Of a DNA stretch of 64,000 nt, positions 19,970 to 29,379 are shown piece after piece. The notes beneath the pieces were generated by a model. It had not been told where the DNA came from, did not search any database, and was given only the letters and a program-made list of their open reading frames with translations. Positions within the stretch are counted from its first letter, which is position 1. Each line of letters starts with the position of its first letter. This DNA comes from Nitrospinales bacterium (GTDB lineage Bacteria; Nitrospinota; Nitrospinia; Nitrospinales; VA-1), in contig OZ253496.1 of assembly GCA_965262115.1 (NCBI GenBank), positions 2,592,001 to 2,656,000 on the forward strand. Direction: 5' to 3'. The position numbers were made by a program, and so were the translations under genes.

Positions 19970-21337
19970 ATGCTACCAGAGCAACATGACATACTATTTT
20001 CGTTTATTGCTATCGCATTTGCCCTGTTCGGGATTTATGTTTTCGCAAATGTGATTCAAAATTGCAGGGAGAGAGAAGGAGTAAACATGACGAAGTGGGG
20101 CGGAATATTTGGTGCCTTTGCCATCGCGTGTTTTTCGATGACGGTCCACATGTTTGACCTTGTTCAAGCTGATCAGTTGGCGTTTTTCTTCTCAACGTAT
20201 CTTTGGCTTGTGGTTATTTTATTGATCACTTGGGGTGTATTCCTCAAGAGCAATAAAATGGAAGGTCAATCTCCTCCGATTATTAGAGGGTTTTTCTTCT
20301 GGACCACGGTTTCTCTTTTGCTGGCGGGCTACACCAACTGGTTGCCGCAACAGCGCAGTGACCCACCGCCTAGAGAAGCGGCGGTCGTGGGTGACCTGAC
20401 CATGGAAGAGTTTGCAGAAATGGGGCGAGTGATTATTTTTGGTGCCAAGCAGGTGGCCGGTCAGAAATCAATCGGTAAAGGTAAGTGTCCCCTGTGTCAT
20501 ACCTTTGATCCGGGTGACAATATGGGTCGATGTCCGAACCTGTTTGGGGTTGAGAAAATAAGTCATGACCGGGTGAAGGAGGACCGGTATGCGACCAGTC
20601 CTGTAGCCATTGGCGAAGTAGAGCCTGCTACGGGTATTGTGAAGGGTAAATGGGACGAAGTACCGGAAGAGTACAGAAGACAGCATGGTCCTGACGAATT
20701 TACCGGCGAAGATTATCTTCGCGAATCTGTCATGTGTCCGACCTGTTACGTGGTGAAAGACTTCGGTAATGATGGTGATACAAGAAGCCCGATGCCGGTT
20801 ATCGTCAAGCCGCCGATCAGTCTGAGTCGGACTGAAGTGAATGCGGTTGTGGCTTACCTGCAATCCAAGGACACGCCGGGCAAGTTTGCGACGGTGACTG
20901 TTCCGTTGCCGCAGGATGATGCGGGTAACACAGGTGGCGCGGTGGCTGAAGCTCCTGCTGAAGATGAGGACGCACCTATATTCGTCACCGGCAAGGAAGA
21001 TATTCAGGCCATGATCAATACTTTAGGTTGTCCGCTTTGCCACACCATCCCTGGCGTTGAGGGTGCTGTGGGTGAGTTGGGGCCGAAACTTCATGAGAAG
21101 ATCAACGCTCCGCAGCGCATCAAGGACCCCAACTACAAGGGTAAAGCGACCAATACCAGGGAGTATGTCAGGGAGTCTATTTTGGACCCTGGCGCCTATG
21201 TAGTCTTTAACGAAGCAGAGGGAGAGTTGTTCCCGGATGGTTTAATGCCTACAACCTTTTCAGAGCAGCTTTCAGTTACGGCTCTCGACAAGCTTGTGGA
21301 TTTTATTAGTCAGACCGAAGCTCCGGCTGGCAGTTAA
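19970..21337 (+). CDS. Membrane-anchored diheme cytochrome c
   Basis: About 4 N-terminal TM helices, two CPLCH motifs, repeated YLRES/YVRES..MP. Confidence 0.85.
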   Translation: MLPEQHDILFSFIAIAFALFGIYVFANVIQNCREREGVNMTKWGGIFGAFAIACFSMTVHMFDLVQADQLAFFFSTYLWLVVILLITWGVFLKSNKMEGQSPPIIRGFFFWTTVSLLLAGYTNWLPQQRSDPPPREAAVVGDLTMEEFAEMGRVIIFGAKQVAGQKSIGKGKCPLCHTFDPGDNMGRCPNLFGVEKISHDRVKEDRYATSPVAIGEVEPATGIVKGKWDEVPEEYRRQHGPDEFTGEDYLRESVMCPTCYVVKDFGNDGDTRSPMPVIVKPPISLSRTEVNAVVAYLQSKDTPGKFATVTVPLPQDDAGNTGGAVAEAPAEDEDAPIFVTGKEDIQAMINTLGCPLCHTIPGVEGAVGELGPKLHEKINAPQRIKDPNYKGKATNTREYVRESILDPGAYVVFNEAEGELFPDGLMPTTFSEQLSVTALDKLVDFISQTEAPAGS

Positions 21338-21349
21338 TAGGAGACAGCA

Positions 21350-22318
21350 ATGAACAAAGCATTAATCAGTTTTTTAGTTTTTGTTGTCGGCCTGGCGGTG
21401 TTTCATAACGCCATATTTCCTATCTTCACACCTAAGGAGGTCGGCTGGATTTTAAATAGGTACGTTTACTTTTTATTATTCGTAGCCTATTTGCTTGTTA
21501 CGCACTTTACCCTCAGACTCAAGCCGCCGATTGCCATGATGGCCTTGTTTGTGTGGGGTCTGGGTTTTTACTTTTATAAATGGGTTTTGTATCCGCCAAT
21601 TCCATGGACCTTGTTCATCACCTATATGGTGATGTGGTCGATCGGTACTTTCCTGTACGTCAGTCAGGATCCGGAAACTTTCCGGGATTTCAGGAGGCCA
21701 ATCGTTAAAACGATTGTGGGTGAATACAAATTTGCGCAGTGGGTCATGTTGGTGGGTATGCCGATTCTCGTAGGATTTGCAACCTATAATTCGATTTACC
21801 CGTCGTATCAGGAGCCAGTGGAATTGCGGACGGTTCACCCCGCACCTCCTGCCACCACGAAAGTGCATGGCAAGACCTATCCGCTGGAGTCTACCAATAA
21901 TCCTTTCCGCATTGATGAGCAGGATAACTATAAAGATAGTTTCCCGTTCCTGGATGCGGACAAGCAGGAGTACATGAAGTATGTGACGGAAGGCGGCACG
22001 ATCTTCTTCCAGAACTGCCATTATTGTCATGGTGACCAGTTGAACGGACTGGGCATGTTCTCGCATGTGTTTAACCCGACTCCGGCGAACTTCATCGACC
22101 CGGGCACCATCGCCATGCTGCAGGAATCATTCCTGTTCTGGCGAGTAGCAAAAGGCGGCCCCGGTCTGCCGAATGAGTCGACCCCGTGGTCTTCAGCAAT
22201 GCCTCCCTGGGAGGAGCATTTGAACACGGAAGAAATCTGGAAGGTTATCCTGTTTGAGTACTGGTACACAGGGTGGCATCCAAGAACTTTCGGCACAGAA
22301 GGTTCCACCGCTGAGTGA
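21350..22318 (+). CDS. Membrane-anchored monoheme cytochrome c
   Basis: Several N-terminal TM helices, CHYCHG, distal SAMPPW. Confidence 0.85.
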   Translation: MNKALISFLVFVVGLAVFHNAIFPIFTPKEVGWILNRYVYFLLFVAYLLVTHFTLRLKPPIAMMALFVWGLGFYFYKWVLYPPIPWTLFITYMVMWSIGTFLYVSQDPETFRDFRRPIVKTIVGEYKFAQWVMLVGMPILVGFATYNSIYPSYQEPVELRTVHPAPPATTKVHGKTYPLESTNNPFRIDEQDNYKDSFPFLDADKQEYMKYVTEGGTIFFQNCHYCHGDQLNGLGMFSHVFNPTPANFIDPGTIAMLQESFLFWRVAKGGPGLPNESTPWSSAMPPWEEHLNTEEIWKVILFEYWYTGWHPRTFGTEGSTAE

Positions 22319-22380
22319 GGGTGGAGAATAACCTAAGTATGAACTTTCGGTTACTAAAACCTAAACATATGGAAACGAAC

Positions 22381-24099
22381 ATGACTAACAATAATTACAT
22401 CAAACGCCTGATCTTTTCCTTTCTGGCTGTGGCGTTGATCGCGGTACCGGGAGTGGCGCTTGCCCAAACGGTACCGGATGCGGTCAAGAAGGATATGCTG
22501 GAAACGGGGAAAAAGGTCTATTTTAAAAGATGCGTCTGGTGCCACGGGGTTGAGGGGGGCGGAGATGGCCCTTCTGCAGACCGCCTGTTCACCCGGCCCA
22601 GAAACTTCATCCAGGGGACTTTCAAAATCCGCGTTACGGATTCCGGTGAGCTCCCTATGGAAGCGGATTTGATCACAACCGTTAAAAATGGACTCCAGGG
22701 TTCGGCAATGCCCGCCTGGGGTGAGTTTTTGTCGGAAAATGAGATCGTCTCCGTTGTACAGTTTGTTAAAACCCTGGTGCAGGATCGGGATTTTGATGAT
22801 GTGGAAGACGAAGAAGTCACTGTTCAGGATTTCGGCAAGAACCCGTGGGGAACAACGGGTCCCTATCACTTGGGTGTGCCCCAGGCTGATATCGACACGG
22901 GTAAAGAAATTTTCCTGAAGAATAAATGTTTTGAGTGTCACGGCGGCGAAGGCCGGGGTGATGGCAACCCGACGATGAAAGACGACTGGGGTTTCCCGAT
23001 CGTTGCGGCAGACTGGCAGCAATGCTGGAACTTCCGTGGATCTCGCCGGGATCCTTTCGATCCCTTCCATATTGTCCGCACGATTTCTACCGGATTGAAC
23101 GGTACTCCGATGCCGAACTTCAAGGACCAGATCACGGTTGAGGATCGCTGGAAGATTGCGGCGTTTGTTAACTCGCTTTGCCCGAGAAAGAAAATCGATC
23201 CGTTGACTAATAAGCCGATTCCAGACTTTCTCATTCAGTCTATTTATTCGGAAGGTCCAGTCTCTCCGAAGATTGATGACCAAAGTTGGCAGTCTCTGGA
23301 TACGGATGATCGGATTGTTGCTTTTCCTGAAGAGATCAAGGACAACCCGAAGAGGCATCATATTGCTATGGCGGGCCAGATCACACGGGGTAAACGAAAC
23401 TTCGATCCTAAAACCGACAATCTCTGGGTGACCACCCGTTGGAGTGCTGAAGAGCAGGCGGTTTACTATCTGGTTGAATACCACCTGCGGTTTTTGTCGC
23501 AAGACCCGGAGTACCCGGATTCAGTAGCCATTCAATGGCCGGCGAAACTTCAGGAACTGTTCGGTGCGGAGAAACCCTATTTCATCATGGGTGACTCCAA
23601 GAAACCGGTAGATATCTGGAAGGCCAACTTTCTGGCTAAAGACTACAGCGCGACCAATGCCCCGAAGCCTGAGGGTTATCAGTTGGACGTGAGTGTAGAA
23701 GAAATGGTAGGTTTTGGATTTGATGCTCTACAAGCCAAAGAATCTGAAGCTAAAGTCCAGGTTGTGGACTCCCTTTACCATCAGGGTCGTGTCAAGATTC
23801 TGTTCAGAAGGGACTTGAAAACGGATGGAGAATTTGATGTTCAGATTCCTACTGAAACTTTCATTCCTGTGGCTTTCATGCAATGGGCGGGACGGGATAA
23901 AGAGAAGGATGAGAATATGGCCATCTCTACCTGGTACTACACCATTCTGAAACCGGCATTGCCTGATTCTCTGTACTATATGCCTCCGATCATAGCAGCC
24001 ATTTTTGTCTGTTTCCAGGGTTGGATGATATGGATGACCAAACGTACACGTAAAATGTATGACGAAGGGAAGGTCAAGCGTGACGAGATTCCTAAGTAG
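22381..24099 (+). CDS. Diheme cytochrome c fused to an EBDH-gamma/DOMON-like domain with C-terminal anchor (alternative NxrC-like)
   Basis: Signal peptide, CVWCHG and CFECHG, DSVAIQWP, KPYFIMGD, VDIWKA, PVAFMQW, STWYY, C-terminal TM; start uncertain (22339-22381). Confidence 0.75.
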   Translation: MTNNNYIKRLIFSFLAVALIAVPGVALAQTVPDAVKKDMLETGKKVYFKRCVWCHGVEGGGDGPSADRLFTRPRNFIQGTFKIRVTDSGELPMEADLITTVKNGLQGSAMPAWGEFLSENEIVSVVQFVKTLVQDRDFDDVEDEEVTVQDFGKNPWGTTGPYHLGVPQADIDTGKEIFLKNKCFECHGGEGRGDGNPTMKDDWGFPIVAADWQQCWNFRGSRRDPFDPFHIVRTISTGLNGTPMPNFKDQITVEDRWKIAAFVNSLCPRKKIDPLTNKPIPDFLIQSIYSEGPVSPKIDDQSWQSLDTDDRIVAFPEEIKDNPKRHHIAMAGQITRGKRNFDPKTDNLWVTTRWSAEEQAVYYLVEYHLRFLSQDPEYPDSVAIQWPAKLQELFGAEKPYFIMGDSKKPVDIWKANFLAKDYSATNAPKPEGYQLDVSVEEMVGFGFDALQAKESEAKVQVVDSLYHQGRVKILFRRDLKTDGEFDVQIPTETFIPVAFMQWAGRDKEKDENMAISTWYYTILKPALPDSLYYMPPIIAAIFVCFQGWMIWMTKRTRKMYDEGKVKRDEIPK

Positions 24100-24117
24100 T
24101 CATCATTAGCTCTATAA

Positions 24118-24150
24118 GAAAGTCCGCCGATAAATCGGTGGGCTTTTTTT
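24118..24150 (+). terminator. Rho-independent terminator of the bd-like operon
   Basis: AAAGTCCGCCGAT-AA-ATCGGTGGGCTTT followed by a T-run. Confidence 0.75.
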
Positions 24151-24210
24151 TATGCTTTGAGTTTAGTTGGAAGCGGTGAGTGCTCCTGCTCGTGTCGCCC
24201 TGTATGCAAT

Positions 24211-24365
24211 GAGACCTTTGCATAACCCCGGATCCTTCGTCGCCTTCGGCTCCTCGAGGATGACAAAATATCTTGTTCCTCAGAATGATAAACTGGCCTT
24301 GCGCTGTCATTCTGAACGCAGTGAAGCATCTCGCTTTTCAGGTTTTTCGACTTATGAAAGGTCTC
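24211..24365. mobile_element. 155-bp MITE with terminal IRs and a 9-bp target duplication
   Basis: GAGACCTTTGCATAA ... TTATGAAAGGTCTC; GTATGCAAT at 24202-24210 and 24366-24374; internal GGATGAC/GTCATTCTGA REP-like units. Confidence 0.82.
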
Positions 24366-24459
24366 GTATGCAATAAGGCGTAGCAAACCCAACGACTTCG
24401 CATTACAACACGAAAGCCGGTTTTGTTGAGCTTGATTTTCTGGGATAAAAGGAGAGGGA

Positions 24460-24702
24460 TTATTCTTCTTCAGTAACTTGTTCCAGATCCATATTTCCTT
24501 CAATAATTTCCCTGAGCGCCAGTTCAAAATAAGATTTTGGGGAAGCGTATTCTTCGGGGTCCACATCGATAGTGGGCTGGGCACCATTTTCCAGTTGATG
24601 GATTCTTTGTGTTACCAGAATGCATAACAGGTAGCGGCTTTTTACTACATCCTGCGCCTGGCGAACCAACTCCAGGGTGTCTTTCATTTCTAAGGCGATC
24701 AT
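24460..24702 (-). CDS. rpoZ: RNA polymerase omega subunit
   Basis: SRYLLCILVTQRIHQL..GA, ELALREI, acidic tail, 80 aa. Confidence 0.8.
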   Translation of the reverse strand: MIALEMKDTLELVRQAQDVVKSRYLLCILVTQRIHQLENGAQPTIDVDPEEYASPKSYFELALREIIEGNMDLEQVTEEE

Positions 24703-24731
24703 AGTTTTCCTATAACGTTAAAGGTTGCTCT

Positions 24732-24760
24732 ATTCTAGGGCCAATTGTATTTTCTGTCAA
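24732..24760 (-). promoter_or_regulatory. sigma70 promoter of rpoZ
   Basis: TTGACA-17 nt-TAGAAT on the minus strand, 30 nt upstream of the ATG. Confidence 0.7.
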
Positions 24761-24876
24761 CTGCTAGCCGCAGGGGCAGATAGCAAAGGCTCTTAAGAGC
24801 ATTGTTTAGCTATAAAAGGTTATAGCAAGTCACCTGCGGAGGTTCTCCGCCTGCTAGCCGCAGGGGCAGATAGCAA
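24761..24876. repeat. 26-bp exact direct repeat pair
   Basis: CTGCTAGCCGCAGGGGCAGATAGCAA at 24761-24786 and 24851-24876. Confidence 0.85.
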
Positions 24877-24927
24877 TATCTTTATCTGTGCACAAACGTT
24901 TTCTCGGCCTCACATGCTATTGCTTAT

Positions 24928-25063
24928 TAAGTCAAAAAAACGTAAAGGCGAGATTTTTCACTGCGTTCAGAATGACAAGAAATGCTGGTTGGTCATCCTC
25001 GAGGAGCCAACGGCGACGAAGGACCTCGCTTTTTTGGGTGCATGCCACTTGTGCAAAGCTTTC
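24928..25063. mobile_element. Degenerate inverted copy of the 24211 MITE
   Basis: Shares TTCACTGCGTTCAGAATGACA and GTCATCCTCGAGGAGCC..GGCGACGAAGGA with the reverse complement of 24211-24365; end TTGTGCAAAGCTTTC. Confidence 0.68.
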
Positions 25064-25089
25064 CATTACCACTGGGCGAGGCCAGGCGG

Positions 25090-26121
25090 CTATTGGGTTA
25101 GAATGGTTTTAATTGTTTGGGCTACGGTTTTGACCTGCTCCTGGGAAACTTCGCGATGCAGGACGGCGCGGAAAACTCCCGGATCGGTCATGAGAATTTT
25201 GATGGATTTTGCTTCCAGTCGGCTTAAAAATGTATCTCCATCGATTTGGGGATGATTCAGTCTGAAAAAAATTATATTTGTTTTTACCTTGGCTTGGTCC
25301 AGTTCGATGCCCTTGATTGCGGCAAGCTGTTCTGCCAGAAGCTTGGCGTTCTGGTGATCGTCCTTCAAGCGTTCCACCAGGTTTTCCAGGGCGACCAGTC
25401 CTGCGGCGGCCAGATGCCCGGACTGCCTCATTCCACCCCCCACCATTTTTCTCATTTTTCTGGCGCGGTGGATAAATTCCCGGTTGCCGGAGACCAGAGA
25501 ACCGACCGGGGCTGAGAGTCCTTTGGACAGGCAAAACATGACCGAGTCTGCTTGCCGGGTAAGAGTTCCCACCTCAACATCCAGGGCTACAGCGGCGTTA
25601 AACAGCCTTGCTCCATCAAGGTGAATTTTAAGCCCGTATTTTGCCGCCAGAACTGCCACACTGTCCATGTATTCGGGGTTTAGCGGTGTTCCATGACAGA
25701 AATTATGGGTGTTCTCAAGGCAGATCAGCCGGGTAGGGGGGTAATGGATATCTGTCTGCCGTATAGATTGTTCTATTAATGGCAAGGGCAGGGTGCCATC
25801 CTCATTATTGCGGAGGATTCTTGGGTGGACTCCGCCCAAGGCGGCCATGCCCCCGACTTCGTGCACGAAAATATGGCTTCGGTCGCCCAGCAACACTTCA
25901 TCCCCGCGCTGGCAGTGGCTGAGCACACTGATGAGGTTTCCCATGGTGCCACTGGGCACAAAGAGAGCCGACTCCTTGCCGATTTTTTTCGCGGCCAGGG
26001 TCTCCAGTTTTTTAAGGGTCGGATCTTCCTCAAAAACATCATCTCCGACTTCGGCATTGGCCATCGCCTCGCGCATGGCCGGGGTGGGCTGGGTCAATGT
26101 GTCGCTTCTCAAGTCAATCAT
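25090..26121 (-). CDS. ltaE: Low-specificity L-threonine aldolase
   Basis: IDLRSDT, GDDVFEEDPT, PSGTMGN, HLDGARLFNA, CLSKGLSAPVGS, GGGMRQ. Confidence 0.95.
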   Translation of the reverse strand: MIDLRSDTLTQPTPAMREAMANAEVGDDVFEEDPTLKKLETLAAKKIGKESALFVPSGTMGNLISVLSHCQRGDEVLLGDRSHIFVHEVGGMAALGGVHPRILRNNEDGTLPLPLIEQSIRQTDIHYPPTRLICLENTHNFCHGTPLNPEYMDSVAVLAAKYGLKIHLDGARLFNAAVALDVEVGTLTRQADSVMFCLSKGLSAPVGSLVSGNREFIHRARKMRKMVGGGMRQSGHLAAAGLVALENLVERLKDDHQNAKLLAEQLAAIKGIELDQAKVKTNIIFFRLNHPQIDGDTFLSRLEAKSIKILMTDPGVFRAVLHREVSQEQVKTVAQTIKTILTQ

Positions 26122-26223
26122 GGTTTTCCTTACTAGTTCTTCCCGGGCGTGGGCGGAGAACCTCCGCTGTGGTACATTGCCATATATTCATCTTGTGCTC
26201 AATGGGCATCTCTGCTCCATAAG

Positions 26224-26556
26224 CTAGTGCTCACTGGTCCCACGCCGAGTGGCTTTTTCTATTCGATTGCGTTTAACCCGGTAATAGGCCAGCGAAATGA
26301 AAAAGACCGGAACGACGAATCCGCTCAACAAGAGACCGGTTATTTTATCTGCCGGGTAGTCCAAGGCCAACAGTCCCTGGTACATCAGTTGCACCAGGTA
26401 GGCCAGCAGGCCACAGGTGATGAATAAATAACCGATTCGCCTGGAACCTTTAGGTCCCGGAAAAACGAAGGAGTAGGCAATAAAGTTCAAGCCCAGGAAA
26501 AGGAGTCCGTTTAAAAACATCAGGTAAATGATCTGGTTCTGGGCTTGTGTCAACAC
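26224..26556 (-). CDS. Hypothetical membrane protein (3 TM)
   Basis: 110-aa ORF with three hydrophobic segments and a basic tail. Confidence 0.6.
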   Translation of the reverse strand: MLTQAQNQIIYLMFLNGLLFLGLNFIAYSFVFPGPKGSRRIGYLFITCGLLAYLVQLMYQGLLALDYPADKITGLLLSGFVVPVFFISLAYYRVKRNRIEKATRRGTSEH

Positions 26557-26766
26557 GGGTTTTTAAATTCAAAATAGTTCCAAAGGGGTTTCTAATAATT
26601 GGAACCGCTATAGCTTGCCATTCGCCACCTCTTTTAAGTCAAGAGTAGGCTCATGCAAACATTATTTCTCAGTGGCACACTCAAATGGCACACTCAATAT
26701 TTTATAAGGTAAGCCGGGAGATGGAAACTTTTAATTTCACGTTCCAGGGGCGAAGCCGAATAAAGA

Positions 26767-26804
26767 AAAAGCCCGGTGCGGACTGGTGTCCTGCAACCGG
26801 GCTT
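26767..26804 (-). terminator. Terminator downstream of the TorF-type porin
   Basis: AAGCCCGG..CCGGGCTT stem with a T-tract on the minus strand. Confidence 0.6.
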
Positions 26805-26821
26805 GATAGCTCCAGGAAAAA

Positions 26822-27577
26822 TTAAAAACTTCGTGAAATTCCAAAGACAACTTCGCCGTCACAACCTTTTGCGCATTTAGCGACTGTCAGGTCCGTATCA
26901 ATATAAGTCAAGCTGAGATCGAAGCCGTGCGTGGCATAAGTCGCGCCGATGCTCCAGTCTAAAGTATCCGGTCTCTCTGCCCCGGCATTATCCGTGATCC
27001 ACTGGTATCCGAAATGGCCTGTCATGGCAAGGCGGCTGACCAGCGGCACTTCCGCGTCATAGCTCACATAGGTTGCATTCCCGAATCCTCCTGTGAACTC
27101 TGGGGTGTAGTAAATAGTAGCGCCCATTGAGATCAAAGGAAACTCGGTAGACATGCCAAACATATATTCAAAGTAGTCCAATCTTAAACTTTCAAGGGCG
27201 CCGGGATAAGTGAAGTAAATTCCGCCGATATCAAAGGTGACCCCCCAGTATTCTCTGGCTACTCCAGCATAAATATCGACTTCGGATTGAGCCGAATCGC
27301 CAAAGTCGACATTGGAAGCCCAGGCGCCTAAATAAAATCCCATTTCATGGCTCCAGTCTAAACTTCCATGTAGAGCAAGGTCTTCATCATTTTGAGAGAC
27401 TCCACGAAATCTGTAGTCTGTGAAGAATCCGAAGGAACCTGAAAAGCTGCCTGGAAGATTTATGAGTTCGGGCTCTTCTGCGGCCTGGGCGACTCGATTG
27501 TGATCCACAACGATTAAGCTAGCAACAAGAAGCATTGCCAAAGCGGTTTTAGAAATGAAAGAGTTCAACTTGCTCAT
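26822..27577 (-). CDS. TorF family putative porin
   Basis: Signal peptide, TDYRFRGVSQ, GFYLGAWASNVDF, EVDIYAG, terminal aromatic ISRSF. Confidence 0.85.
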   Translation of the reverse strand: MSKLNSFISKTALAMLLVASLIVVDHNRVAQAAEEPELINLPGSFSGSFGFFTDYRFRGVSQNDEDLALHGSLDWSHEMGFYLGAWASNVDFGDSAQSEVDIYAGVAREYWGVTFDIGGIYFTYPGALESLRLDYFEYMFGMSTEFPLISMGATIYYTPEFTGGFGNATYVSYDAEVPLVSRLAMTGHFGYQWITDNAGAERPDTLDWSIGATYATHGFDLSLTYIDTDLTVAKCAKGCDGEVVFGISRSF

Positions 27578-27771
27578 ATTAAAAATCCTTTCTAAATATT
27601 AAGTATGACAAAAATACTTAAAAACTTTCAGTACAAGTTTAATGGGTCAATTAAGCTGGAATGGGTCTGAAAACAATCGTTTATAAGTCATAAAACGTCA
27701 ACTGCATACAAGGTTATCACGTCTGCCTTGGTATGACAATTTATAAATAAAGGCCTTATCAAACCTATGAT

Positions 27772-29058
27772 TTATACCAGATTGTATCCGGTTTCTCCAT
27801 GCTGGGTGGTATCCAAACCCATTTCCTCATCTTCATCGTTAACCCTGAAGCCGATCGTTTTATCAATAATTATAACCAGAACATAGGTGACGACGAACGA
27901 GTACAATCCGGCGGCAAAGATGCCTATCAACTGAACCCAGACTTGATTGAAGTTGCCAGCCAGCAGACCTGTTCCACCTACGGTGACGAATAGTCCAGTA
28001 GCGAGAGCGCCCCAGGCACCCCCCACGGCATGGATTCCAAAAACATCAAGCGAATCATCGTACCCGACTTTGAGCTTCACCACAACGGCGAAGAAGCAGA
28101 TCAGTCCGGCGAGAAAACCGATCACCATTGCCCAAAGAGGTTCGACAAACCCTGCGGCGGGGGTGATGGCGACCAGTCCGGCTACGATTCCGGAAGCTGC
28201 TCCGAGAGCGCTGGCTTTTCCCCCTTTGATGAACTCGGCGAGAAGCCAGCCGAGGAGTCCGGCTCCCGTTGCGATTTGGGTGTTAGTGAATGCCAGTACG
28301 GCTATTTCGTCTATCGCCAGCGCACTGCCGGCATTAAACCCGAACCATCCGAACCATAAAAGTCCTGCCCCCAGAAGAGTGAGAGGCAGGCTGTGGGGTA
28401 TCATGAGTTTTCCCGGGAAGCCTCGGCGCTTTTTAAGAACTAAGGCGGCGGCCAGAGCGGCGGTGCCTGAAGCGATATGAACTACTGTGCCACCCGCAAA
28501 ATCCAGAGCTCCGAGGTCGCCCAACCACCCGCCACCCCAGACCCAATGGCAAATAGGATCGTAAACCACGGTGGACCAAATGAAAATGAAGGCGACATAA
28601 GCCTTAAAGTCCACCCGCTCGGCCATTCCTCCGCTGATGAGTGCGGCGGTGATGATGGCGAACATTAGCTGAAACATGCTGAATAGATATTCCGGGATGG
28701 TGCCGGAAAGGTCCTTATAATCAATGCCTATAAAGAGAGCTTTGCTCAGGTCTCCGACAAAATGTCCGATATCGTTACCAAAGGCTAAAGAATAGCCAAA
28801 CAGCACCCATTGGATCGTGATGACTCCGAGTGGTACAAAACTGTGCATCAATGTACTGAGAACATTCTTGCGCCGCACCATGCCACCATAAAATAGTGCC
28901 AGGCCAGGAAGCATGAGCATCACCAACGCCGAAGAAATCAGTATCCAGGCGGTGTCCGGGTAGCTGATTTGAGGGGTCTCCTCAGCTGACGCGATCACAG
29001 GAAAGAGCATGAATAAAAAAGTCAGGAAGACTTTGTTCGCTTGAATTCTGATTTTCAT
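27772..29058 (-). CDS. amtB: Ammonium transporter
   Basis: PGLALFYGG, FQLMFAIIT, DFAGGTVVH, LWFGWFGFNAGS, YDDSLDVFGIH; ATG 29058 after AGGAG. Confidence 0.95.
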   Translation of the reverse strand: MKIRIQANKVFLTFLFMLFPVIASAEETPQISYPDTAWILISSALVMLMLPGLALFYGGMVRRKNVLSTLMHSFVPLGVITIQWVLFGYSLAFGNDIGHFVGDLSKALFIGIDYKDLSGTIPEYLFSMFQLMFAIITAALISGGMAERVDFKAYVAFIFIWSTVVYDPICHWVWGGGWLGDLGALDFAGGTVVHIASGTAALAAALVLKKRRGFPGKLMIPHSLPLTLLGAGLLWFGWFGFNAGSALAIDEIAVLAFTNTQIATGAGLLGWLLAEFIKGGKASALGAASGIVAGLVAITPAAGFVEPLWAMVIGFLAGLICFFAVVVKLKVGYDDSLDVFGIHAVGGAWGALATGLFVTVGGTGLLAGNFNQVWVQLIGIFAAGLYSFVVTYVLVIIIDKTIGFRVNDEDEEMGLDTTQHGETGYNLV

Positions 29059-29126
29059 AAAACCCGATCTCCTAAATAAAGTAAAATAGGGGTGGTAGTT
29101 AAATAGTTTTCTAATAAGGAGGGTTT

Positions 29127-29141
29127 TCAATTTTTGTACCA
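29127..29141 (-). promoter_or_regulatory. Candidate sigma54 (-24/-12) promoter of amtB
   Basis: TGGTAC-N5-TTGA, versus consensus TGGCAC-N5-TTGC. Confidence 0.4.
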
Positions 29142-29379
29142 ATTGGAAAAACAGCCTTTATAAAGCTGGAGAAAGCTAGTTAATCACTTTAAATACAATT
29201 GTTTATATTTATATTTTAGAGCCAGTGGGGTAAAATAAAAGGGTGGGTTGATAGAAGCTAATTGTTTGCTTAGCAAGCACGGGCTTCCAACAATTGCTAT
29301 AAAATGTATCAAATTTTTTAGTGTTGGTTTTGAAGCTTGCGATCGATTCCTCTTGGGAATACGTCAAAAATATGACCGG

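Noticed and set aside
24165..24400. tRNA or other structured RNA gene disrupted by the MITE
   Set aside because: The reconstructed empty site shows no cloverleaf, T-loop or CCA. I recognised no tRNA or rRNA genes anywhere in the window.
24761..24876. 26-bp direct repeats as a mini CRISPR array
   Set aside because: Only two copies, a 64-bp spacer, no cas genes nearby and no similarity to the II-C repeat.
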